Of a stretch of 64,000 bases of DNA, positions 1 to 12,330 are shown one piece after another. The stretch's first letter is position 1, and every line of letters begins with the position of its first letter. The stretch lies in assembly GCA_034780895.1 (NCBI GenBank), contig JAUZTB010000011.1, positions 56,948,073 to 57,012,072 on the forward strand, written 5' to 3'. Position numbers and translations under genes: made by a program. The DNA comes from Rhynchobatus australiae. Its lineage: Eukaryota. The notes under the pieces were generated by a model that saw only the letters and a list, made by a program, of their open reading frames with translations, had not been told where the DNA came from and made no database searches.

Positions 1-1879
1 TGAGAAAAATTATGATTAATTAATAACTATTTCTGTTTGAAATACCGATTGTCACAATTATCCTTATAAGTACTTTCGTTTGTTGACTAATAAAAACTAT
101 TAAATGTTTCCATAATTCCAATGATTAACCAGCTATGTTTAACACATATATTCCAGCAAATTATTGAAATGGTGTCATTTCATTTTCTGATATACTTCTA
201 ACTGTTCGTGAGTGCATGTGTTTAACATGATCCTTGGACACTAAAGAATAATGGCACTAATTAGCAAAATGGTGAAGGCAAGATTGGCTCAAAATACTGC
301 AGCTCTGTACTTTAAAGAAAAGTCAAATTCTAGAGATTTGGTAAGTGTTTGTAAGATTGTGCATATGGGTGCTTTGTCTCAATTAAATAATTATAAGGAC
401 TTGGCGGCTGATGGGGAGAGGACCAGAAGTCACAGTCTTACCTTATTTGAGACTTTATCTTACCTTATTTCATTAGATAATAGAAGATGTGTGCATAGAA
501 ATTCATCCTTAATCATTGGCACTGAGCATGCTTATGTTGGACAATCTNNNNNNNNNNATTGTTGACGTTGTTGTCAGGTGGCACCTGGCTCTACATTGTA
601 TTCTGCTTCCAAAATTTTATTACAATCAATGGAACTAAATTTCCAAAGTGGGGTTTGAGCTGCAGTCACAAATGTACAGCACATCTAATGCAACTGACAA
701 AGGATGAATTTCTCCAGAGAAGAATGGTCACGTGGGACAGGCTGCGAGTTTGCGTAATGAACACTTAATCACAGTATTCCTTCAAGCAAAAATTGGATAT
801 TTTTTTTCTGGCTGGAATAGAGATCACCTTGGATGGTGGGAAGGTATTACATAATCAATAATTTGCTTGCATGGGGAGTTTAGAGAAGGATTTTCCAGAT
901 GTTTTCTTTCAACTTGGCCTGAACATCAATCTTACTTTTGCCACTGCAAGGAGGTTATATGGTTTCCAACTGAATGTATATAACATTGATTGGAAAAACA
1001 TTTGGATTTTTTTCCATCTATTTTGATGAATTTTTGTTTGTGCTGCATACAATTGATTGAATTGAATATTTCTGAAAAATAGTTCTCTGACAAGAATGAA
1101 CACAAACATACTGCATGTCTGAAGATGACATCAGAGACATAAAAGAATGAAGATTGTTGTTTGTTATAAGTTGTTTTATTGACTTGTGCTATTTATTGGT
1201 AGACACAGGGTTAAAATGAACCATTTGTAGTAATTAGTGTCCTCCTGGTGTTATATTAAAACAGAGAAGATTGAGATGCAAAATGAATCTGGCCACTCTC
1301 AATTCAAACAGAGATTCTTGACATTGTTTTCAGGTGGAACATGGCTCAAATAGCTCAGAAACTTTTGGGACAGTTGACTGTTCATTGGAGGGGGACAAGT
1401 CATTGAGTTCAATCGTGTGGATAGTGTGGACCCTTCTGGGGATTATATATATTTGATTGTCAACTGTAATGAAGCTTCAGTGGGCTATGTAGTGATGAAT
1501 CTTGGAATGGAGCTTTCAATTGTTAATCATCAACTGACTTAAAAAGAGAGACTTCATGGTTAATTAGAAGCAAAGCAGCATAGAAATTACTGTATGTGAA
1601 GGTTCAGTTTTTTAATGTTACTTCAAAGACCTAACATTGCTATCATTACCTGAGCATCTTGACGATGACAGTAAATCTAAAGCCACACATCTGTTTACTA
1701 TTCAATATATTTATCTAGCAGCTTACCACATTCTATCAGAGATATTTTGCTTTCAAGTGAATTAAATCCTATGGTACATATTAAAATCCATTTAAGTCCA
1801 CTGAAATACATGACATATTCTCTGCTTGACCACAGGCTTACTCCAGTTCCCCTAAAAAAGTAGAAAACAAATGATGAAT

Positions 1880-2170
1880 ACTGAACTTATATATAACCTT
1901 TCACATCCTCATGCAAATAGAGGGAGTCAAGTTGTGGATTTCAATGTCCCAGAAATACCAAACAGCTGATCTGTTTTCGGTGAAGTTGACTGAAGAACTC
2001 TCCTATTTTCTTCCTATTGTACCATAGGATTTTTAGTTACCTTCTGAGCAGAAATTTAGTTGGACTATTTAACATTATTTCCATCACTTCTCCCTCAACA
2101 ATGCGTGAGAGTGGCAGCCTAAATTCAATACTGGAATGTGAATTGGACCCATTAATTTTTAACTCAGAGA
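1880..2170 (-). mobile_element. Decayed Deu-domain SINE (SacSINE1/AmnSINE-like)
   Basis: Plus-strand blocks 'tatataacctttcac', 'gatctgttttcggtgaagttg', 'ccataggattttta', 'ctccctca', 'ggcagccta' follow the order of the reverse complement of the Deu-SINE consensus as I recall it. Confidence 0.5.
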
Positions 2171-2949
2171 TATAACAAGAAATCTAGATATGCAGACAGC
2201 AAGTGACACTTCCTGAGCATTTTGTCTGTATGTCAGCGGTCTATTTCCACCATTCCATCATGAAAATTGACATTAGCTTATTAGCTACTGAGGAGCAGGA
2301 ATCTGACAGAATGACAAATGTGCTTTGGCTTGTCAATTTTTGGACAAACACTATAATCTAGGCAGCATTTTACTAATAAATAATATTGATGCTCACAGCA
2401 GTGACTGGAATCTTTTGCTTTGCCACTAACATAACTCAGAAATTCAAATATTGGGTGGGAATGAACTGCCAACCAGCCAGTGGATACATGGAGATCGGTT
2501 ACTGCAGATTTTTACACCTTCATACTGCAACATGGAAGTCAAAGGTGTCAGTTGCATTAATCTAACGCATTCTGTAAATTGCTGAGCCAAAAGGCTGGAT
2601 ACAGTTCATGTCTGATCCCTCAGCTTTACACTAGTTGTAGTTGGCACATCTTGTGTGAGGTAGCCGAGTTTTATTTAAAACGTAAGGCTAGGTCACTATT
2701 TTGCTTATCTTTCTTCAGTTCAATGCTTAATTATGTTTTTTGTTAATTACCAGCAGTGTCTATCGTTTTACATGAATTTATAATTATTAAATTTTATATT
2801 TTTGATAAAGTTTATTTTTCAACTGTTTCCAAATATCTNNNNNNNNNNGAATAACATTAGAAGGGCACAAAGGAAGTCTTCCGTTCCTGCCATCAGCAGT
2901 CTGGTAACCATTAGAAGCCCACTCTGGGAGGGCTGCAGTGATAATGCTG

Positions 2950-4010
2950 GCATTGCATTGGGAAATGCATGGCTGCAAATTATAGTGTGGCTACAGGTAG
3001 CAGCCATTATGTATGAGCTCCAATCTGTGCCGTTGGGCCCAACATCTTGCTGGGGTAATTCTAATTTGAAGTGGCTAACAGAAGCTGGTGGTTTTAATCA
3101 GCAGTGGAAGACTGCAGTCATTTCAAAATGTTTCAACGCACCTACCTGAGTATCAATTAAAGAGAGAGTTCCATGAACTTGACTCCCAAAGGGAAGCCAC
3201 GGCTCCAGGGAATGTGAGTCAGAGTTAGGAAAACTGGTCTACATTTCTGAAGCCACGATTCTTGGATTCAAGCTGCCCAGGAGTGCAGAATCATGTGTGA
3301 AGCTATGTACATTAACAGATTGTCTAAAATTACAGCATTCATCACAAAAAGGCAATATTTTCACTGTCACTTGTAAAAGGGGCTTTGATTGTTCTGTTTC
3401 TATAGAAGAAGTGTTCCTCGGCACAACTATTCCCATCTGCACTCTGGTAAATACCACAAGTGCAATAAGGCACAAGTTCATCCACAGAAAACAATGGAAC
3501 GTCTCCACAGTAATCTGACCCAATGAGATCTGCATGTGGTTTTTCTAACAAACAGAATGCCAGCTTGTCTGTGATGTGCCATTTATTAGGCAATGAAAGT
3601 CTCCTGTTCAAAACTTCAAACAGCATAGTCACTGTCAATCACATTTAAGGTTACACTTCCCTCCATCATGTCAGATTCACAATGAAGTTCTCAAGTATTT
3701 CAGCTCATAATGGAGTTTATGTCCTGTCTAGTTGGTGCTTTGGATTTAAGCCAGACCACTGTGTTGTATTCTTCATTGTCAGGTTTCCTGTATTTCTTTG
3801 TGAGACAGCTTCTCTGCAGCTCATTGACTTGTGAATATTTGAAACATAAATTAAAATCAAGATCCCATTGTTGATGGCAGATGTTAACAACAGTGTAAGC
3901 CGAAACTGAGCTTCTCTCTGTTTCATTTTTATTAGAATCATGACTCATCTGTCTGTGGATTGATGGGAGGCTTGGCCAAGTTTCCTTATATTCAGGGTAA
4001 CTTTAAGTAT
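2950..4010 (-). mobile_element. Highly decayed BEL/Pao-like pol (integrase region)
   Basis: Manual minus-strand translation across frameshifts gives, in order, ETWPSLP, AAEKL..EIQ, LSLPNKWHITDKL, GQITVETFHCFLW, RTIKAPFT, IVASEM*T.FLTL...SRGFP. This resembles BEL/Pao WP / AE..L..Q / HPIILP..H.IT.L / G...TL..L...YW / R..PF / LELV.DL.T..FL....RRG.P. Confidence 0.45.
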
Positions 4011-4171
4011 TTGAGAACCGTGCAGTTTAGAGGTTAACATTTTAGTATTATAGATCTGTTCTTCGTTCATGTCACCACCTTGATCTTACTTGACGTGATG
4101 TTCAGAATCATCTGTCATCCTCTGAAGTTAGTAATGCTTTGTAATCGCTTTTGTTCTAAATAATAAGTACT

Positions 4172-4566
4172 TCGAGACATCTTGATTAGTCTCTCGGGAT
4201 CGAGGATGACTTGCTTCCCCTCCAGTTCTTTGGGTTCTGAGGTCTCTGACGAGGCCAACGTGAAACCTGCAGACTTTTCTGCAAGTGGGACAGGTGGATA
4301 GCTTGGGAGGTGGTGCACTCCCTCTGCTTACCATGGGCTTCTGTGGGCTCCTGATGAATAGACTCGAGTACCCCAATATTATCCTCAATGCTCTTTCTCC
4401 ACTTTGAGTGAAATAGATCTATGCATTTCCAGGGGTCAGTGGAGAAGGAGAATGTTCAAGGAAGCTGAGGACATCCTTAAACATTCTCCTCTGTCCACCT
4501 GATAACATCCTGCCATGATGCAGCTCAGAAGAGACTGTCCATTCTGAGAATCTGGTGTAAGGTATG
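4172..4566 (-). mobile_element. RTE-clade LINE 3' end
   Basis: Minus strand reads SELHHGRMLSGGQRRMFKDVL...HSKWRKSI...STCPTCRKVCRFHVGLVRDLRT, the RTE ORF C-terminus with its terminal zinc-finger motif. Confidence 0.8.
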
Positions 4567-4569
4567 TCC

Positions 4570-5050
4570 CTGTCTGTCCCCTTTTCTCTCTTTCCAGATA
4601 GACCCAGTTCCTCCTACACCCATCCCAAACCACCATCACCCTGTTTCATTCCCCTCCTTCACACACACACACCCACACACTTCTCCCCCTGGGTCCCCTC
4701 CCCTGAGTATTTCCACCTCACCTCCCTTATTTGGTTCCATGTTCCGCCTTCTGTTACTATCAGACTCAATCATCTGCAGTCTTTGTTGCCCCCACTTATC
4801 ACCTCCCAGCCTCTGTTACTATTTCCCCCTTCCCCCCACCATCTGCCTATTACCCCTCTTCACCTGGATCCACCTATCACCTGCCAGTTCTTGCTCCATT
4901 CCTTTCCCTCACCTCTTTATACTGACTATCTCCACTCCATCTTTCAGTCCAGATGATAGGTCTTGACCCAAAGCGTCGACTGTCCATTTCCCTCCATAGT
5001 TGCTGCCAGACCCACTGAGTTCCTCCAGCATCAGCAGTCTCTTGTGTCTC
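4570..5050 (+). mobile_element. Penelope-like element 3' region with hammerhead-like motif
   Basis: Pyrimidine-rich tract, then cagtc-cagatga-taggtcttgaccc-aaag-cgtc-gactg (4945-4982) and the tail 'tgctgccagacccactgagttcctccagca', also found after the GIY-YIG fragments at 33.4 and 53.8 kb. Confidence 0.75.
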
Positions 5051-5099
5051 CATATAAACAATGTAGCCTGGCTACTGGAGATGGCTGAGTAAAATCTGG

Positions 5100-5720
5100 G
5101 CCCTAATCCTGGAGATATGGACCTGCAAAAGGCCACAGACATTGACTCATTAATCCTGATGAATGATTGATGAGATAGTGTGGGCGGTATCTTCCCCACT
5201 GGTGTAAGGTGACTGCAGAAGGTAATTCTTATCATAGAAATCTACACGAGGACAAATGCCATGAAAATTGTTCCAGGTTTGAGGTTTTCATCTTTCAAAT
5301 ACTTGTTTGCTTAAATGCCCAAAAACTGGGCTGACATACTGAAGGTGACAATGAATTTTATTTTGGATGTCTGGTTCCTGAGATATGGAACATTTACCAG
5401 GGTCTCCCTATTTACTGCTGAAGGCCAGCATTGTACAGAAGGGGCAGGTTGATAGGTGACCTTTGTTTTGAAAATGCTATCGAAAGTCCTCAACTTTGTG
5501 GAAAGGGGTTGTGGAGACCTTACAGGGCTACAGCCAAGTGATCAAGGCAGAAGGTTGACAAAGAGATCTTTGTAAGAACATGAGTACACTCCATGTCTAA
5601 CTGCACTGTAGGGAAGCTTGCAATGTGGACAAATGCCCATTCCCATTCTCTGTTGTTGCCAGCTAAAGGAAAGTTGATGAAGTCTCCTATCACTGAGGAC
5701 AAAGTATGGGTAACTTCCCT
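5100..5720 (-). mobile_element. Very old LINE endonuclease-region fragment (clade uncertain)
   Basis: ORF 5520-5702 has VIGDFINFP, FPT..LD and LDHLAV, resembling APE motifs GDFN, PT...LD and SDH in the correct order. Confidence 0.3.
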
Positions 5721-5734
5721 AATTTCCTAATGTG

Positions 5735-6565
5735 CAAGACCAAGGAATAGACTGATTGTGGACTTCAGGAAGGGAAAGTTGGGAGAACACACACCACTCT
5801 TCATTGAGGGGTCAGTGGTGGAATAGATGAACAGCTTCAAGTTCCTGGGTGTCAGCATCTCAGATATCTTGGGCCCAACACATTAATGAAATTATGAAGA
5901 AAGCATGTCAGTGGCTCTATTTCATGAGGAGTTTGAGGACATTTTGTATGTCACCAAAGACTCTCGAAAATTTCTACAGATGTACAGTGGAGAGCATTCT
6001 GACTGGTTGCATCACCGCCTTCCATGGGGGGCTCCAATGCACAGGATCGAAAGAGGCTGCAGAGGGTTGTAGACTCAGCCAGCTCCATCATGGACACAAC
6101 CCTCCCCACTATTGAGGACATCTTCAAGAGGCAGCATCCACCCAAGAAGGTGGCATCCATCATTTAAGGACCCTCACCACCTGGGACNNNNNNNNNNNNN
6201 NNNNNNNNNNNNNNNNNNNNNNNNNNNNNNNNNNNNNNNNNNNNNNNNNNNNNNNNNNNNNNNNNNNNNNNNNNNNNNNNNNNNNNNCCTGGGACATACC
6301 CTCTTCTCATTACTAGCATCGGGGAGGAGGTATACAGGAGCCTGAAGACCCACACTCAACATTTCAGGAGCAGCTTCTTCCCCTCCACCATCAGATTTTT
6401 GAACTGTCCATGAATCCATGAACACTACCTCATTATTCCTTTTTTGCACTATTTATTTTTGTAACATCATAATTTTTGTGTCTTTATGTCTTGCACTGTA
6501 CTGCTGCTGCAAACCAACACATTTCATGACATATGTCAGTGATAATAAACCTGATTCTGATTCTA
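5735..6565 (+). mobile_element. Rex1/Babar-clade LINE, 5'-truncated
   Basis: LIVDFRK..HTPLFIEG..SFKFLGV..SW.QHI..IMKKA.Q.LYFMR.L..F.MS..TLENFYRCTVESILTGCIT..SGRRYRSLK; ends aataaacctgattctgattct. Spans the gap 6188-6287. Confidence 0.9.
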
Positions 6566-7009
6566 ATGCAAGAGGAAGCAGCAAACTGTGAGATGTGGGC
6601 AGGCAGCAGTAACAGCAGCAATCTGGGATGATCCTGAGGCTGAAGAGCTGGCAGTGACCATGACTCAGAAGCCCATTGGCAAAGCAGTCCAGGGCCATAT
6701 TCCTAGCTGTGGGAGTAAATTGCATTCACGATTATTTCCTGGCATAATTATAGATATTTTGTGAAATTGGACCAGGCATTTCCATCACTCTTGTGCTTCT
6801 GACGTTTTCCCGGGGTCAGATATACACCTGATAATGTCAACATTTATGCCCTGCTAATGGCTGCTCTCTCTGACATAAACTGGGAATTGATGCAATGACA
6901 GCTATTGTGGAAGACTCTTAGTAAAAGCAGGAGCACATCATGCTACATTGATGCATTTCTCATTATAAATGGTTATTTTGCTGACAATGGGAAACTTGGT
7001 TAGTTCAAA

Positions 7010-7245
7010 GAGTCATAGAACCATAAAAGCACACAGTATATAAACAGACCCTTCAGGTCATCATGTCCATGCCAATTATTTTGCCCTTCTACACTAATTC
7101 CACTTTCCCGCACCAGAACCACAACTCACTATTCCCTGCCTACTTAAGTGTCTTCCAGATGCCACCTAAATGTGATAATGGTATCTGATTCTGGCAGCAC
7201 ATTCCAGCTATCATCTACACCTTGTGCAAAAAAACTTACCTCATA
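7010..7245 (-). mobile_element. CR1 LINE 3' fragment
   Basis: Starts 'agtcatagaaccataaaagcacacagtataaacagacccttcagg', the reverse complement of the CR1 3' terminus seen repeatedly in this window. Confidence 0.75.
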
Positions 7246-7246
7246 G

Positions 7247-7350
7247 AATTGGTATTGGCATTAGTATTGTTATTGGTTTATTATTGTCACTTGTACCAAG
7301 GTACGGTGAAAATCTTGTCTTACATTCTGTTTGTACAGATCAATTCAGAT
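7247..7350 (-). mobile_element. Rex1-like LINE 3' tail with (ACCAAT)n end
   Basis: 'ttggtattgg...ggtttattattgtcacttgtaccaaggtacggtgaaa'; near-identical to copies at 21802 and 34120. Confidence 0.65.
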
Positions 7351-9599
7351 CAATCCCCTCCACCACCACGATCCCCAGCACACAGGACCTTCCTCCTGGC
7401 AATTATTTCACTGATAAAAATGTCAGGACTCTTTCATATAGTCTTGGGTCTGTCTCCCTCTCCCCAGCAGCAGCTATCTCTTTCTTGGCAGCCATTATGC
7501 ACGTTGTTGGTGTCTGGCTGCCATGGTGAGTGTGGCTTTGAAAGGAGATGCCTTTCTCAGATTGGTGTGTAGCAAACTGCCGGAAGCTGTGTAGTTTGGT
7601 GGGTCCTGCTTCAGCACGTCTTTGGGTGTAACTCACCCTACTGTCATTTCAAACATCCTTTTGGCTAATTACACACTTGCTTGCAGGGGATCTGATTCCT
7701 TTAGCATCTAATCTACCTGATACTAACATGATGAACTCATTACATTCTCATATTACAGGGTAGGGTGTTGGCTTTTTCATTAATAAGCCAATTAAAAGTC
7801 AAGTGGCTCAACAAAAGTTAAACAAAAAGAAAAGTAAATCCATCAGAATAGTTTTTACCAACAATCTGAAGATATCCGACAGCGACCAATCTTCCTTCCC
7901 TTTTCTTTAGAGTGGTTCCAGCTCATATGAGACCCAGATTTTCAAAAAAATTGCAGAATAAAGAAAGGGATTCAGCTTGATCTTGAAGCAAAGGTTTGAG
8001 AAAAGATGATATATATGAGGTGAAGAAATCTTGATTTGAAGAAATCCAGTAACAATGGTTATTAGATATGCCAAGAAATTGTGATTAAGAATTATAATTG
8101 GCAGAGTGAGGGGTATGTTCTGCTCTATCCAAGGAATGGTGAACTTGAATTGGTCTTGGTCACGATGTCCTGGTATTGACATGGTTTCAGAGAATGAGAT
8201 TGAAGTAAATAAATGGTTAAATCATTTACAAACTAAATGACCTTCAGCAAACCAGGAGTAAATTAAACAGTTCTTTCAGAGACAAGGAAATAAGCAAAAG
8301 CAACATAAATAGTCAAAATGCCAAAGGCAGTAAAACTGGAAGCACTAATATGCCTCTATATAATGTACCTAGATGCTTCAATTACTTTTTAAAAGTATGA
8401 CCCATGATTGGAAACATATGGTGTAAATCAATTAAGTATTCACTGATTCCGCTCTTCAGTTTAGATGGTAAAGGTAATGGGAGTGTGCCCCACCAAAATA
8501 CTTCAGAGATGCATTCAATCATTGCATTCTTTGTCCCAGGTAAAAAAAAACAACTTAAGTATATGAGTTGGAAGGGAGGTAAGAATAAAAGATGGAATCT
8601 TGTGACACCACAATTAGATGTATATAATTGGAGAAGTAAATCAGTAGTTCCCCATTCTTGTGGAAGCCTTATTGATGTGCTGTTACCATTACGGTGAAAT
8701 AAGCCTATCAGTTTCTGCACGAACAGCAACAAGAAACAAACTAAATTAACTATTTAGAAATTGCAATGTTTCATCATATTTTGACCCAGTTACTGGAGAG
8801 AACTCTTTTTTGCAAAGTTCTGTGGAATCTGTCACATCCACCTTCAGAGGATAGACAGTTTGGCCAGGTCTGGAGCGGACTGAGAGAATGATTCGCTTGC
8901 TTCTGTTTCACTGTTCCTAATGCAAAATATATTTTAGACAAGTGAAATTACACTTTTATTTTAGGAAATATTAGGCAATGTGTAAACATTTGGCCCAATA
9001 ACACGTTGATATGGTCTTATCAGTCAATAAGCACTCAGAGATCTTTAACTGGATTCAATGTGCATTCTTATTGCCTTTGCAGATTTTGACATGTCATTGT
9101 ATAGCAAAGCTGGGGCACCAGTCTCAGGGAACCAATGGAGATCTTCAACAGATTTTTTGAGGGGAACTTTGATGGTTAAGTTTAGAAAAGATGAATTTCC
9201 ATGGCTTGATAGTTCATTTAATGTGACAAGTGTTGGTTTATGTGTTTCTGCTGAAAAATGAGTCATCAGCTATTGAAAATTAGTGAGCTGGTTGGGAGGG
9301 GGTGGGGGTGGGCAGTGGGAGGTGAGCCTTAGCTCTCCACAGACACGCAAGGCCTGCCTGATGCTATTTTCAGGCAGTCCTGTAAATGGTTCCGACAAAT
9401 ACTTGTTGATTCTTGTCCAAGATCTGACCTGAAAAGGTTGACTGGAGGCAGCTTAAGATGAACATCTTAAGAATGTACTTTATTATTCTATGAAGCAGGA
9501 GCACAAACAAAATCACAGCATAATCTAAATGAGGATCCAAAGTAAAAAAAAAATAAACTTACATTCAGTTATTTCTGCTCTATTGCTTCTTGGCAATGG

Positions 9600-9920
9600 A
9601 CTCACTAACATGGATATCACCAGGTGCCAACATCAACTCATGGTAAGTTTATGAAGAATTGGGAGGCCAGCCAGAACTGCATTAGCAAAGTCATGTCTGA
9701 AGGAAACAAAGACACAGAGTTTTTCCAAAGTTGAAGGAGCCAGAGCTAGAGACCAGCAATGTTACAGAGATGGAAACAGGTGGTCTTACTGACAGACAAG
9801 GACGTGGGGTCAGAAGCTTAACCCAGGTTCCAACAGGATACAGAGATTACAAAGCTTAAGACAGTGGCAAGGAGAGAAATGGATTCAATTGGTTAGGGAA
9901 TAGACTTTAATGAAGTCAGC
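9600..9920 (-). mobile_element. L2-clade LINE ORF2 3' fragment
   Basis: Minus strand reads LSF*PHVLSVSKTTCFHLCNIAGL, resembling the L2 motif LSF.PHI.S..K.AYFHL.NIARL. Confidence 0.55.
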
Positions 9921-10341
9921 ATGAAAGATACTAATCCACCATAATATTCAGGAGAAAGTGGGAAGGACAGATTTTACAAAAAACTAAATTTGCAAAACCA
10001 AATAATTTTATATGTGACTAAAGCCATTGTTATCTGATATGATGTATGGCATGTCAGTGGTCTAGTAGAGTGATGTGAGACCCTTTTCAATTTTATGTAA
10101 ATAAATGTTCTCTTATGCAGTTTAGTACTTCACTTCAGTGTAAACCTAGCTGGTTAGGTTTCTCAGCTATTAAATGGAGATTCTACATCAAGAATCTGAC
10201 AACTTGTGATCAGGAAGGAGCCATGGTGCTTTCCTTTGGTATTCCTGCAAATTTTGTCCTCTCCTTATTACCATGATCAGCCAACCCCTTTCTCCAACCC
10301 CCTCTCCGACCTTCAAACTTTTCCTCAGGCAATAGTTTCCC

Positions 10342-10421
10342 ATCTTCAGGAACTTCACTAGTGGCTAATGATGAAGCAAATATCTTCACAAGGGCTTCCA
10401 CAATTTCTTCTCTAGCCTCCC
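10342..10421 (-). mobile_element. CR1 ORF2 internal fragment
   Basis: WEAREEIVEALVKIFASSLATSEVPED, a CR1 pre-RT motif. Confidence 0.7.
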
Positions 10422-11494
10422 ACTGTTACAATGTTGAACAAAGAGCAAGCTCACAGAGAACCCAGATGCAGCACACCAATACAAGACTGTCACATCCATC
10501 TTCCTCAGGACAAACACAGGCAGCAACTGGAAGGAATCTTGCCTCAGAGATCAGAAGAGGAATCCCAACACAAACNNNNNNNNNNNNNNNNNNNNNNNNN
10601 NNNNNNNNNNNNNNNNNNNNNNNNNNNNNNNNNNNNNNNNNNNNNNNNNNNNNNNNNNNNNNNNNNNNNNNNNNNNNNNNNNNNNNNNNNNNNNNNNNNN
10701 NNNNNNNNNNNNNNNNNNNNNNNNNNNNNNNNNNNNNNNNNNNNNNNNNNNNNNNNNNNNCAGGTGAGTCTAATTCTTCTCTCACTGTTCAGAATGCAGG
10801 AGTGGTGAAGCTGTTGATCAAGGCCATTATATTAATTGAAGAGAAAGTTGGCCAGAATGTACATCCATACCCACATTTCATCCTCAGCTGTTTTATTCAG
10901 TTGTCTGATGTTTTCTCACCTGGACCACACAGTGATGGGAGACCCCTGGTTAAATGAGGACAGGAGCTACTAGTAGCTCAGTGTGAGACTTAGGGTGAGA
11001 TGTGCTGTGAGGGCAGAGGGATGGAGTGGTGAAAATATGATAAAAGGCCTGGTATATTAAATTATAGATCAGGAAACCTGACAAGAAATGTCATTGCTTG
11101 AAAAATAAAATAAACCAGGCATTTCCTGTCTGTAATAACCCAAGCACTTCCCATGGTAGAGAGAGGATTACTTTCATGTTGGCTTTAAACTGGTGGTTAA
11201 ATTGTCATAAACAAAAGCAGGTAGACTCTGAAGACTTCAGAATGTACAAGGCACTTCTGGAAAGGGAGAAGATGATCAGAAAGAAAACCCAATTTTGGCT
11301 CAGGTCCATTTAATGGTCTGGCTCCTTCAGACACAGCTGCACCAGATGCAGCCAATAAAGAAAAAATAGACAGACTGCATCATAAGACAGTTTCCCAGAA
11401 TATTTGGACGTTTTAGTGGAAATAAAATTGAATGGTGACATATCCACTCAGGAGGTCCAATATGGCAAGAAGAAGAAGAATGAAAGCTCTGCAA

Positions 11495-12040
11495 AACTCT
11501 GGAGTATTGTATCCAGTTCTGGTTGCCTCATTATAGGAACGATGTGAAAGCGTTGGAAAGGGTGCAGAGGAGATTTACTAGGATGCTGCCTGGTTTGGAG
11601 AGTATGCATTATGAGGAGACACTATGGGAGCTAGGGCTCTACTCTTTAGAGAGAAGGAGGATGAGGGGAGACATGATAGAGATGACAAAATACTAAGAGC
11701 AATAGATAGAGTAGACAGCCAGCGCCTCTTTCCCAGGGCACCAATGCTCAGTACAAGAGGGCATGGCTTTAAAGTAATGGGTGGGAAGTTCAAGGGAGAT
11801 ATCAGAGAGTTTTTCACCCAGAGAGTGGTTGGTGCATGGAATGTGCTGCCTGGAGTAGTGGTGGAGGCAGATACATTGGTCAAGTTCAAGAATTTGTTAG
11901 ATAAGCATATGGAGGAATTTAAAATAGAGGGATATGTGGGAGGAAGGGGTTAGATAGTCTTTGGCATGGTTTAAAGGTCGGCACAACATGGTGGGCCGAA
12001 GGGCCTGTATTGTGCTGTATTGTTCCATGGTTCTATGATT
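11495..12040 (+). mobile_element. Young CR1 LINE 3' end
   Basis: LEYCIQFWLPHYRNDVKALERVQRRFTRMLPGL...TRGHGFKV...FFTQRVVGAWNVLP; 3' UTR 'gggccgaagggcctgtattgtgctgta...ttctatgatt'. Confidence 0.95.
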
Positions 12041-12041
12041 C

Positions 12042-12330
12042 ACTTGGTCAGGCCCTGGGGAATTTATCCACCTCAAAGTCAGCAGGACCTTAGCAATTGC
12101 ACGATATCATGGATCTTCTGCAACCATGTTTTGTTTCACTGCTCTCTCCTCATAAATATTGGAGCAAATGGCCTCCATGTATCCAATATTCAAATGGAAG
12201 GAATTTCAGGTCATTCAACGTGAGCTCTTACTACAGTTGATACTACAACTCAAAGTGTGGAGTTACTGAGATAGTGAAGAAAAGTTGGGTGTTGCATATA
12301 CATGTGGAAAATAACACTTGCCCAAAAACT
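12042..12330 (-). mobile_element. Old LINE fragments (CR1/L2-like)
   Basis: Minus strand has a K.PGPD-like stretch near 12050 and an FHMY..TQL (YADDTQL-like) stretch near 12285-12310. Confidence 0.3.

Noticed and set aside
251-346. First coding exon (ATG 251 to donor gtaagt at 341)
   Set aside because: Unrecognised peptide, no CpG island or promoter context, and no supported downstream exon.
3400-3470. SWIM zinc finger / MuDR transposase (CTCGIYQ..GILCR)
   Set aside because: It needs a frameshift, and the flanking motifs fit BEL/Pao integrase better.
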